Assembly (NCBI GenBank): GCA_036149055.1
Contig: JAYZQJ010000078.1
Location: forward strand, 1 to 64,000
Length of the DNA stretch: 64,000 nucleotides
Source: Myxococcota bacterium
GTDB taxonomy: Bacteria > Myxococcota_A > Polyangia > Polyangiales > Sandaracinaceae
Direction of reading: 5' to 3'
Shown in pieces: positions 9,543 through 17,738 of the stretch. Made by a program: the position numbers and the translations under genes. The notes beneath the pieces were generated by a model. It ran no database searches, was not told the DNA's origin, and saw only the letters and a program-made list of their open reading frames with translations. Position 1 is the stretch's first letter, and every line of letters starts with the position of its first letter.

Positions 9543-10997
9543 ATGAGTGACTTCCTCCTGGAGCTCGGGAAGAACCCGAACGCCCGCAAGATGATCAAGA
9601 CCCTCGGGCTGCCCCTGCCGATGCCGCAGGCGCTCGAGCGCGCCAAGCAGCCGTGGGAGGAGCGCCCGCTCCAGGAGCGGGTGATCGCGGTGGGCGTCGG
9701 CCCGAACGCGCAGCTGCAGTCGGCCATCGCCGACACCCTCGCCCGCGCCGGCGCCGAGCCCCGGCTCATCGGCGAGGGCCACGACGAGGCCCCCTACCGC
9801 GCGCCCGGCGAGGCGTACGGTCGGCCGGCGCAGCGCCTCGCGGAGATCCCCGAGCGCTTCCTCGCGCACGGGCTGCTCTTCGACGCCACCGGCATCGCGT
9901 CGCCGGACGAGCTGAAGAGCCTGCACGACTTCTTCCACCCCCTCGTCGGCCGCGTCTCCCGCTCGGGCCGCGCGGTGATCCTCGCGCGCCCCCAGCGGGC
10001 CGCCGCCCGCCCGCCCGGCGGCGCGGCCGCGCCCGCGAGCCAGCCCGCGCACGAGGGCTTCGTGCGGAGCCTCGCCAAGGAGATCGGGCGCCGCGGCGCG
10101 ACCGCGCACGTGGTCTACGTCGACGAAGGCGCCGAGGGGCGCGCGCCGGCGCTGCTCCGGTGGCTCCTGTCTCCGCGGAGCGCGTTCGTCAGCGGTCAGC
10201 CCTTCCACCTGTCGATGGAGGCGGCGAAGGGGGGCGGCACCGACGACGAGGTGCCGCTGACCCGCCCGCTCGAGAAGAAGGTCTGCCTCGTCACCGGGGC
10301 CGCCCGCGGCATCGGCAAGGCGACCGCGAAGCTCCTCGCGGCCGAGGGGGCGCACGTGGTCTGCCTCGACCGTCCGCAGGACGACGGCCCGGTCAGCCAG
10401 GTCGCGCGGGAGATCGGCGGCTCGGTCCTGCTCTGCGACGTGAGCGCCGACGACGCGCCGGCCCAGATCGCGGCCGCGCTGAAGGCGCACGGCGGCGTCG
10501 ACGTGGTCGTGCACAACGCCGGCGTCACCCGGGACAAGACCCTCGCGAAGATGAGCGAGGAGCGCTGGGCGCAGACCCTCGGCATCAACCTCTCGGCGCC
10601 GATCCGGATCGACCGCGCGCTGCTCGACGGCGGCGTGCTGAACGACGGCGGCCGGATCATCTGCCTGAGCAGCGTCGCCGGCATCGCCGGCAACATGGGC
10701 CAGACGAACTACGCGGCGAGCAAGGCCGGCGTGATCGGCTACGTCGAGGCGCTCGCGCCGGAGCTCGCCGCGCGCGGGATCACGGTCAACGCCATCGCGC
10801 CCGGCTTCATCGAGACCCGCCTCACGAACGCCATCCCCGTGATGATCCGCGAGGTCGGCCGGCGGCTCTCGAACCTCGGCCAGGGCGGCCTCCCCCAGGA
10901 CATCGGCGAGACGGTCACCTTCCTCGCCTCCCCCGGCGCGCAGGGGCTCACGGGCCAGGTGGTCCGCGCCTGCGGCGGGGCGTTCATCGGAGCGTGA
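9543..10997 (+). CDS. High-molecular-weight 3-oxoacyl reductase (FabG4-like SDR)
   Basis: ATG 9543 after AAGGAG; extra N-terminal domain (FDATGI...EGFVRSLAKEIG); TGAARGIG, HNAGVTRDKTL, NYAASKAG. Confidence 0.9.
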   Translation: MSDFLLELGKNPNARKMIKTLGLPLPMPQALERAKQPWEERPLQERVIAVGVGPNAQLQSAIADTLARAGAEPRLIGEGHDEAPYRAPGEAYGRPAQRLAEIPERFLAHGLLFDATGIASPDELKSLHDFFHPLVGRVSRSGRAVILARPQRAAARPPGGAAAPASQPAHEGFVRSLAKEIGRRGATAHVVYVDEGAEGRAPALLRWLLSPRSAFVSGQPFHLSMEAAKGGGTDDEVPLTRPLEKKVCLVTGAARGIGKATAKLLAAEGAHVVCLDRPQDDGPVSQVAREIGGSVLLCDVSADDAPAQIAAALKAHGGVDVVVHNAGVTRDKTLAKMSEERWAQTLGINLSAPIRIDRALLDGGVLNDGGRIICLSSVAGIAGNMGQTNYAASKAGVIGYVEALAPELAARGITVNAIAPGFIETRLTNAIPVMIREVGRRLSNLGQGGLPQDIGETVTFLASPGAQGLTGQVVRACGGAFIGA

Positions 10998-10999
10998 GC

Positions 11000-12289
11000 A
11001 TGGCGACGAAGAAGCGAAGAGCGGTCGTGGTCTCGGGGGTCCGCACCCCGTTCGTGAAGGCCTTCGGCAAGCTGCTGAAGGTCGACACCATCGGGCTCGG
11101 CGTGAGCGCGGTGGGCAACCTCCTCGAGCGCACCGAGCTCGACCGGAAGGAGATCGACGGCATCGTCTGGGGCGGCGTGATCCTCCCCGGGCTGGCGCCC
11201 AACGTCGGCCGGGAGATCGCGCTCGACCTGCGCCTGCCGCACTCGGTCGAGGCGTTCACGGTGACCCGCGCCTGCGCCTCGGGCCTGCAGGCGGTCACCA
11301 GCGCGGTCAGCGCGATCGAGCGCGGGGACGCCGACGTCATGATCGCGGGCGGCAGCGACTCGACCTCGAACGCGGAGATCAAGCTCCCCCAGAAGGTCGT
11401 GCACGCGATGGCCCCGCTGGCGTTCGGCAAGGCCACGCCCGGCGACGTGCTCGGCGTGATGTCGCAGCTGGTGCCGATCACCGACATCCTGCCCAAGCGC
11501 CCCAAGATCGCCGAGCGGACCACCGGCCAGGTGATGGGCGAGGCGGCCGAGGAGATGGCGCGCCGGAACGAGATCTCGCGCGAGGCGCAGGACGCCTTCG
11601 CCGAGGCCAGCCATCACCGCGCCGCGGCCGCCATCCGCTCGGGTCGCTTCGACGCGGAGGTCGCCCCGGTGGACCTGCCGAGCGGGGACCGGGTGCACGC
11701 CGACGATCTGGTGCGCGCCGACACCTCGGCCGAGAAGCTCGCCAAGCTCCGGCCGGTGTTCGCCAAGGACGGGACCCTGACCGCGGGCAACTCGAGCCCG
11801 CTCACCGACGGCGCCGCCGCGGTGCTGCTGATGAGCGAGGAGAAGGCGAAGGCGCTCGGCTACACGCCGAAGGCCGCCTTCCGGAGCTGGTCGTACGTGG
11901 GCGTGGACCCCGGCGATCAGCTGCTCATGGGCCCCGCGCTGGCGATGCCGAAGGCGCTCGAGCGGGCGGGCATGACCCTGGCCGACGCCGACCTCGTCGA
12001 CATGCACGAGGCGTTCGCGGCGCAGGTGCTCAGCGTGCTGCGCATGCTCGAGAGCCGCGCCTTCGCCCAGGAGCGGCTGGGCCGGGACGCGGCGGTGGGC
12101 GAGGTCGACCGCGACCGGCTCAACGTGCACGGCGGCTCGGTCGCGATCGGCCACCCCTTCGGGGCCACCGGCGCGCGCATGGTGACGACCATGGCGAACG
12201 AGCTGGCGGCGAGCGACCGGGAGACCGCGCTCCTCGGGATCTGCGCGGCCGGCGGCCTCGGGGCCGGGGCGGTGATGGAGCGCGTGTAG
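11000..12289 (+). CDS. fadI: Acetyl-CoA C-acyltransferase (thiolase, FadI-like)
   Basis: GVRTPF, RACASGLQA (catalytic Cys), TAGNSSPLTDGAAA, MHEAFAAQ, GHPFGATG, ICAAGGLG. Confidence 0.9.
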   Translation: MATKKRRAVVVSGVRTPFVKAFGKLLKVDTIGLGVSAVGNLLERTELDRKEIDGIVWGGVILPGLAPNVGREIALDLRLPHSVEAFTVTRACASGLQAVTSAVSAIERGDADVMIAGGSDSTSNAEIKLPQKVVHAMAPLAFGKATPGDVLGVMSQLVPITDILPKRPKIAERTTGQVMGEAAEEMARRNEISREAQDAFAEASHHRAAAAIRSGRFDAEVAPVDLPSGDRVHADDLVRADTSAEKLAKLRPVFAKDGTLTAGNSSPLTDGAAAVLLMSEEKAKALGYTPKAAFRSWSYVGVDPGDQLLMGPALAMPKALERAGMTLADADLVDMHEAFAAQVLSVLRMLESRAFAQERLGRDAAVGEVDRDRLNVHGGSVAIGHPFGATGARMVTTMANELAASDRETALLGICAAGGLGAGAVMERV

Positions 12290-12473
12290 CCGTTTGCTTG
12301 CCCCCTCGCCGCGCGCGCTGCAAGTTAGGGCGTCTCCCGGGGTCTCCCCGGATTGCCCTGCTCCGGGTCGTCTCCGGAGGTCGTCGGTTCCCCGTGCACG
12401 AGAGGGCGGTGTGCACGTCGGCTCGAAAGTGGGCGGCAGCCGTATCGCCGCTCACAGGTTTGGATAGAAAGAC

Positions 12474-12803
12474 ATGTCGAAGAAGCTCTTCGTGGGAGGC
12501 CTCGCGTGGGCCACCACGGACGATGGACTCCTCCAGGCGTTCGAACAGTTCGGGGAGGTCCTCGAGGCGAAGGTGATCACCGATCGCGAGACCGGCCGGT
12601 CCCGCGGCTTCGGGTTCGTGACCTTCGCGGACGGCGCGGCGGCGGACACCGCCATCCAGGAGATGGACGGGCGCGAGCTCGACGGCCGCACCGTCAACGT
12701 CAACGAGGCGCGTGAGCGCGCGCCCCGCGGCGGCGGCGGCGGCGGCGGTGGTCGCGGCGGCGGCGGACGCGGCGGCTACGGCGGCGGCGGCGGTCGCTGG
12801 TAA
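12474..12803 (+). CDS. RRM RNA-binding protein with a glycine-rich tail
   Basis: RNP2 KLFVGGL; RNP1 [22 protein letters not shown] tail. Confidence 0.95.
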   Translation: MSKKLFVGGLAWATTDDGLLQAFEQFGEVLEAKVITDRETGRSRGFGFVTFADGAAADTAIQEMDGRELDGRTVNVNEARERAPRGGGGGGGGRGGGGRGGYGGGGGRW

Positions 12804-12816
12804 GCGAGCGCTCCAA

Positions 12817-12852
12817 TGAAAAGGGCCGGTCGGAGACGACCGGCCCTTTTCA
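12817..12852. terminator. Bidirectional intrinsic terminator
   Basis: TGAAAAGGGCCGGTCG-GAGA-CGACCGGCCCTTTTCA perfect hairpin with A and T tracts, between convergent genes. Confidence 0.9.
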
Positions 12853-12863
12853 ATTGGGCCCCC

Positions 12864-13271
12864 CTACTCCTCGTCGTCCTCGACCCCGCTGCAGCTCGCC
12901 CCGCAGGACGCCCCGCACATCGCCTCGAGCGAATCGGCCGCCTGCCCACCCGTCGGCGAAGGCGTCGCGCGACGTGGGGAGCGGCGGCGACGCTCGGCGG
13001 CGGGAGGAGCCTCCGCCTCGACCTCCGGGGCCGGGCTCCCTTCGCCGTCCAGCGTCGGCTCGGCGGCCTGGGGCTCGGCGGCCTCGGGCTCGGCGGCCTC
13101 GGGCTCCGGCGTCGCCTCGGGCTCGGGCGGCGGCGCGGGCTCGGCGGCCGGCAGCTCCTCGCTCGCGGGCGCGGCCTGGATGGGCGCCTCCTCCGCTTCG
13201 GCGCAGCCGGTGGCCGCGAACGCGATCGCGGCGGCGGCGAGGATCTTCTGCTTCAGGTCGGACGCGGGCAT
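12864..13271 (-). CDS. Small low-complexity lipoprotein with a C-terminal CGxxCGxxC motif
   Basis: Lipobox ATGC; EPEAA repeats; ends EAMCGASCGASCSGVEDDEE. Confidence 0.7.
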   Translation of the reverse strand: MPASDLKQKILAAAAIAFAATGCAEAEEAPIQAAPASEELPAAEPAPPPEPEATPEPEAAEPEAAEPQAAEPTLDGEGSPAPEVEAEAPPAAERRRRSPRRATPSPTGGQAADSLEAMCGASCGASCSGVEDDEE

Positions 13272-13329
13272 GGCGACAGGGTACGCCGGAATCGACCTCC
13301 GCCGCGCGCCGCGCCTTGGATCTCCGCCC

Positions 13330-13803
13330 TCAGGTGCGGAAGAACGCCCGGACCCGGGGGCGCGACAGCCCGATCAGCATCACCACGCCGAAGCAGGCGT
13401 CGGCCACCATCTTGACCTTCCACGCCGAGGCGAGCCGGTAGGTGTGCTCGACCGGCGCCAGGAACACGGCAAAGCCGATCAGGGACGCGAGCGACCCGAG
13501 CACCACGAGCCAGTACGCCCACGGCCGCCCCATCCAGAAGAACCAGGCCACGCCCAGGCCCAGCACCAGGCCGCAGCCGGCGCCGTAGAGGTGCGTGGTG
13601 CCGCCGACCAGCCCGGGCGAGACGAACAGCCCGCTGATCGTCGAGGCGGCCATGCCGAGCGCGAACGCGTCCACCGTCGGCGGTCGCCTCGGCCGGGCGG
13701 CCTGCTTCGGCGCGTCGAGCTCCGCCGGCACGTGGAACCGCGCGGGCGGCCCCTCGTCGGGCGGTGGCGGGGCGGGTCCCCACTTCGGATCCCACTCGGG
13801 CAC
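13330..13803 (-). CDS. Hypothetical membrane protein (about 4 TM)
   Basis: Pro-rich N-terminus, four hydrophobic segments, ends LSRPRVRAFFRT. Confidence 0.6.
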   Translation of the reverse strand: MPEWDPKWGPAPPPPDEGPPARFHVPAELDAPKQAARPRRPPTVDAFALGMAASTISGLFVSPGLVGGTTHLYGAGCGLVLGLGVAWFFWMGRPWAYWLVVLGSLASLIGFAVFLAPVEHTYRLASAWKVKMVADACFGVVMLIGLSRPRVRAFFRT

Positions 13804-13845
13804 CGCGAGACTCTAGCGCGTACAGTACGGCGCGAGGGGGAGCGC

Positions 13846-14511
13846 ATGAGCGAGAAGAAGAAGCACCTGTTCACGTACCCGGGCGAGGCCACCGACGTGA
13901 CGTGGGACCGGCGGCTCTGCATCCACGTGGGGGAGTGTGGGCGCGCGGCGAACGAGCTCTTCGTCGGCGGACGCGATCCCTGGTGCGACCCCGACCGCGT
14001 CGGCGAGGACGAGGTGCTCGAGGTGGTCGAGCGCTGCCCGACCGGCGCCCTCTTCGCCCACCCCAAGCGCGACGACGCCGCGCGCGAGCGAGCGCCCGCC
14101 GAGAACGTGGTGCACGTGGCCAACAACGGCCCGCTCTACCTCCACGGCGACCTCGCCATCGACGCCGCCCCCGACGACGCGCCCGGGCTCGCGTTCCGCG
14201 CCGCCCTGTGCCGCTGCGGCGCCTCCGCGAACAAGCCCTTCTGCGACAACAGCCACGAGAAGATCGCGTTCCACGACCGGGGGGCGGTGGGCGAGAAGGG
14301 CCCCGGATGCGAGCGGGACGCGTCGGGCCCGCTGAAGGTGAAGCGCGCCAAGAACGGCCCCCTGCTCCTGAAGGGCCCCTTCGCCATCGTGGCCGCCTCG
14401 GGCCGGGTCGCCTGGCGAGGGCACAGTGCCGCCCTGTGCCGCTGCGGCGCGTCCGGCAACAAGCCCTTCTGTGACGGCAGCCATTCGAAGCAGGGCTTCG
14501 AAGCCGACTGA
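13846..14511 (+). CDS. Iron-sulfur protein: N-terminal divergent 4Fe-4S domain plus two CDGSH domains
   Basis: CIHVGEC...PWCDPD...RCPTGAL; ALCRCGASANKPFCDNSH and ALCRCGASGNKPFCDGSH. Confidence 0.92.
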   Translation: MSEKKKHLFTYPGEATDVTWDRRLCIHVGECGRAANELFVGGRDPWCDPDRVGEDEVLEVVERCPTGALFAHPKRDDAARERAPAENVVHVANNGPLYLHGDLAIDAAPDDAPGLAFRAALCRCGASANKPFCDNSHEKIAFHDRGAVGEKGPGCERDASGPLKVKRAKNGPLLLKGPFAIVAASGRVAWRGHSAALCRCGASGNKPFCDGSHSKQGFEAD

Positions 14512-14613
14512 GGCCGCGCCGGAGTCCTCGCACGAGGACGAGTCGGCTTGCGTGAGGCCCCCAAAGCGCTAGCACCGGCCGGTCGGAGGCGGCCGAAGCC
14601 GCCCTCGGCGTGG

Positions 14614-14688
14614 TGAATTCCTCAGGGATTCAGGCCTGTGAGGGCTTGTCACAGCCCCGCCGGTCCCGCGACACGGATGTCACGGGAC
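14614..14688. promoter_or_regulatory. Candidate upstream activator (enhancer) sites for the capsule promoter
   Basis: Three inverted repeats: TGAATTCC-TCA-GGGATTCA (14614-14632), CTGTGA-N7-TCACAG (14636-14654) and GTCCCGCGACA-CGGA-TGTCACGGGAC (14663-14688). Confidence 0.5.
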
Positions 14689-14789
14689 GGGGAGGTCAGA
14701 CCCCCGAGGCGGGCTGGACCGCGACTCGAACGTCCGTCTTTTCTCCGTTCGAGCCCCCGTTCGCCCAGCACAAGGCGCGAGGACCAGAG

Positions 14790-14806
14790 TGGCACATGGT
14801 TCGCAT
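14790..14806 (+). promoter_or_regulatory. Sigma54 (-24/-12) promoter of the capsule operon
   Basis: TGGCAC-ATGGT-TCGCA matches TGGCAC-N5-TTGCW, with exact GG-N10-GC spacing, ~95 bp upstream of kdsD. Confidence 0.7.
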
Positions 14807-14901
14807 ATGACGCGCTGCGTAACGTTCCGCGCCCTCCTCCCCACGGACGAGTAGGTCCGGATCCCGGCTTCACCAGCCGACTTCCTTGGAGAACCCCTCA
14901 G

Positions 14902-15957
14902 ATGCGATCGGACGCGACAGCAGCACTTCGCTCCTCCCTCCGAGACGGTGAGCCCGAGCGCCCCGGTCTCGAGGAGCAGTCCTCGAACGTCTTCGTGCTC
15001 GACACGCTCGCGAGCGTCCTCGACCCGCTGACGTCGCACGCGCGCGAGTGTCTCAAGCAGCAGGCCGCGGCGATCACCAAGCTGAGCACGCGCCTCGACG
15101 AGCAGTTCGCGCGCGCCATCCGGATCCTGTTCGCGACCGAAGGCCACGTGGTCATCACCGGGCTCGGCAAGTCGGGCCACGTCGGTCGCAAGATCGCCGC
15201 GACCCTCGCGTCGACCGGCACCCCCAGCTTCTTCGTGCACAGCGGGGAGGCGCTCCACGGCGACCTCGGCATGATCACCGAGCGCGACTCCGTGATCATG
15301 ATCAGCTACAGCGGCGAGACCCAGGAGGTCTCCGCCCTGATCCCGCACCTGAGGGCGCGCGGCATCCCCACGATCGCGCTCGTCGGCAAGCCGCAGTCCA
15401 CCCTCGGGCGCGGCGTGGACGTCGCGCTCGACGTCTCGGTCGACCGCGAGGTGTGCCCCAACAACCTGGCGCCGACGAGCTCGACCCTCGCCACCCTCGC
15501 CATGGGCGACACCCTCGCCGTGTCGCTGATGAAGCTGCGGGGCTTCCACGAGGCCGACTTCGCGCGGCTCCACCCGGGCGGCAGCCTCGGTCGGCGCCTC
15601 TCGCGCGTCGGAGACGCGGTCGTGCGCGAGGGCGTGAGCGTCATCGCCCCCGGCGCGCCCCTGCGCGAGGCGCTGCTGAGCCTCTCCGAGAGCGAGCTCC
15701 CGCTCGCGCTGGTCTGCGAGGGCGAGACCCTCCACGGCGTGGTGACGAGCGACGACGTGCGCGACGCGATGCGGCGCGGCCTCGACATGGAGGCCCCCAC
15801 CCGCGACGCGATGAACGCGGATCCCGCCATCGTCGAGCCCGGCGTGCTCGTCGCCGAGGCGGAGCGACGCATGGAGCGCGAGGGGCTCGACGCCCTGGTC
15901 GTCGTGGACCAGACCGGCGAGGTCGTCGGCGTCTTCGGGCGGCGCCGCGGAGGGTGA
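14902..15957 (+). CDS. kdsD: Arabinose-5-phosphate isomerase (KpsF/KdsD), SIS plus CBS domains
   Basis: ITGLGKSGHVGRKIAATLASTGTPSFFVH.GEALHGDLG; CPNNLAPTSST; LHPGGSLG; CBS pair. Confidence 0.95.
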   Translation: MRSDATAALRSSLRDGEPERPGLEEQSSNVFVLDTLASVLDPLTSHARECLKQQAAAITKLSTRLDEQFARAIRILFATEGHVVITGLGKSGHVGRKIAATLASTGTPSFFVHSGEALHGDLGMITERDSVIMISYSGETQEVSALIPHLRARGIPTIALVGKPQSTLGRGVDVALDVSVDREVCPNNLAPTSSTLATLAMGDTLAVSLMKLRGFHEADFARLHPGGSLGRRLSRVGDAVVREGVSVIAPGAPLREALLSLSESELPLALVCEGETLHGVVTSDDVRDAMRRGLDMEAPTRDAMNADPAIVEPGVLVAEAERRMEREGLDALVVVDQTGEVVGVFGRRRGG

Positions 15958-15961
15958 CGCG

Positions 15962-16312
15962 ATGCGCGGGCCGTTCACGCACGGGGGACTCGGGGCGGCG
16001 CTGATCACGGCGGCGCTCGGCCTGGCGTGCGGCTCGAGCGCGCCGCGAGAGTCCGACATCTTCCACGACCCGGCGCTCCGCGCGGGGGCGCTCGAGGCCG
16101 ACGGCGACGCCGAGCGGGCCCTGCTCACCGCGCTCGCCGACGCGGGCGAGGGCCCGGTCGAGGTCTCCGGCGTCGCCGCCACTCCCCCCTACCACGCCGC
16201 CAGCGGCCGCCGCTGTCGCCGCATCTCGGGCGGCTCCCACCGCCTCGCCTGCCAGGGTGACGAGGGCGCCTGGGTCTTCGTCCCGGACGTGCTCTCGGCG
16301 GAGGCGCGGTGA
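15962..16312 (+). CDS. Small lipoprotein inside the capsule operon (surface-antigen-like)
   Basis: Lipobox-like GLAC; YHAASGRRCRR...LAC...W pattern; stop overlaps the kpsM start (GTGA). Confidence 0.65.
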   Translation: MRGPFTHGGLGAALITAALGLACGSSAPRESDIFHDPALRAGALEADGDAERALLTALADAGEGPVEVSGVAATPPYHAASGRRCRRISGGSHRLACQGDEGAWVFVPDVLSAEAR

Positions 16313-17091
16313 ACGAGCTCGCCCGCGGCGCGGTCACGCAGGCCCGCGTGGTGTACGCGCTCGCGCTGCGCGAGACGCGGACCCGGTTCGGCGCCAACCA
16401 GCTCGGCTATGTGTGGGCCCTGCTCGAACCCGTGTTCTGGATCTTCACGTTCTGGGCCCTGTTCCGCATCGTCGATCGGGCCACGCCCATCGGGATGGAT
16501 GTGATCCCTTTCCTGGCCACCGGGGTGATCCCCTACGAGATGGCCATCAAGACCGCCGACCGCGCGAGCCTCTCGATCGATTCGAACCGAGCGCTCCTCT
16601 TCTATCCTCACGTGCAGCCACTCGATCTGATCCTCGCTCGCAGTGGCTTGGAGGTCGCGACCTACCTGACCGTGTTCGCGGCGCTCCTGGGCGGATACGC
16701 CCTCTATGAGCAGACGTTCGCGATCGAGAGCGCGCTGGCGACGCTGCTCGGCCTCGGACTCGCGGGGCTCTTCGGAATGGCCCTCGGGACCCTGCTCTGC
16801 GCATCCGCGGTGGTGAACAAGGTCGTGGATCGGATGAAGGGGCCCATCATGCGTCCCCTGTTCTGGATCTCCGGCGTCTACTTCACCGCCAATGCCCTCC
16901 CGACCTCGGTTCGGGAAATCCTGATGTGGAATCCCGTCCTCCACTGCGTGGAGATCGTGCGCGACGGTTGGTTTCCGGCCTATCACGCCCACCACGCGAG
17001 CGTGGCGTACGTCCTGATCTGGGTGCTCGCGCTGGGATTCTTCGGCCTCACGATCGAGCGCGCCGTGCGCGCGAAGGTGCAGCTCACATGA
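16309..17091 (+). CDS. kpsM: Capsule ABC transporter permease KpsM
   Basis: LRETRTRFG..LGYVWALLEP; RPLFWISGVYF; WNPVLH. Confidence 0.93.
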   Translation: MNELARGAVTQARVVYALALRETRTRFGANQLGYVWALLEPVFWIFTFWALFRIVDRATPIGMDVIPFLATGVIPYEMAIKTADRASLSIDSNRALLFYPHVQPLDLILARSGLEVATYLTVFAALLGGYALYEQTFAIESALATLLGLGLAGLFGMALGTLLCASAVVNKVVDRMKGPIMRPLFWISGVYFTANALPTSVREILMWNPVLHCVEIVRDGWFPAYHAHHASVAYVLIWVLALGFFGLTIERAVRAKVQLT

Positions 17092-17738
17092 TCGAGCTAC
17101 ACGGAGTCACGAAGGCCTATCGGGTCGGTGCCGGGGAGCACGTGGTGCTGGACCGGATCGATGCGATCTTCCCGGACCGAGTCTCGGTGGGGATCCTCGG
17201 GCGAAACGGGGCAGGGAAGTCCACCCTGCTCCGAATCCTGGGCGGTGCGGAGCGCCCCGACGCCGGCAAGATCGTCAGGCATGGGAGAGTGTCCTGGCCG
17301 ATCGGGTTCAGCGGCGGATTCAACGGTTCGCTCACCGGCGAGGAGAACTGCCGTTTCGTGGCGCGAATCTACGGCGCAGACGTGGACGAGGTCGTCGAGT
17401 TCGCTCGCGGCTTCGCCGAGATCGGCAAGTACTTCGCCATGCCCGTCAGGACGTACTCGAGCGGCATGCGCGCGCGGCTCGCGTTCGGGCTCTCGATGGC
17501 CATCGACTTCGACACCTACCTGGTCGACGAGGTCACCGCCGTGGGGGACAAGTCCTTCCAGGACAAGTGCCGAGACGCGTTCGCCGAGCGGCGAGAGCGG
17601 TCGAGCGTGATCATCGTGTCGCACCAGCTCAGCACCATCAAGCAGTACTGCGACCGCTACGCCCTCATCCGCCGCGGCCGTCTCCACTTCTTCGACGACA
17701 TCGACGAAGTCGCGAAGCTCTACAAGGCAGCAGCATGA
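17088..17738 (+). CDS. kpsT: Capsule ABC transporter ATPase KpsT
   Basis: GRNGAGKST; VSWPIG; YSSGMRARLAFG; YLVDEVTAVGD; ATGA coupling to kpsM. Confidence 0.95.
   Translation: MIELHGVTKAYRVGAGEHVVLDRIDAIFPDRVSVGILGRNGAGKSTLLRILGGAERPDAGKIVRHGRVSWPIGFSGGFNGSLTGEENCRFVARIYGADVDEVVEFARGFAEIGKYFAMPVRTYSSGMRARLAFGLSMAIDFDTYLVDEVTAVGDKSFQDKCRDAFAERRERSSVIIVSHQLSTIKQYCDRYALIRRGRLHFFDDIDEVAKLYKAAA

Noticed and set aside
9985..10055. Odd stretch RAAARPPGGAAAPASQPAHEG in the FabG4-like protein, possible frameshift or pseudogene
   Set aside because: The frame stays open and all catalytic motifs are intact; local divergence or base-call error cannot be told apart without reads.
14636..14654. CRP/FNR site upstream of the capsule operon
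   Set aside because: TGTGA and TCACA are separated by 7 bp rather than the canonical 6; kept only as a generic palindrome.
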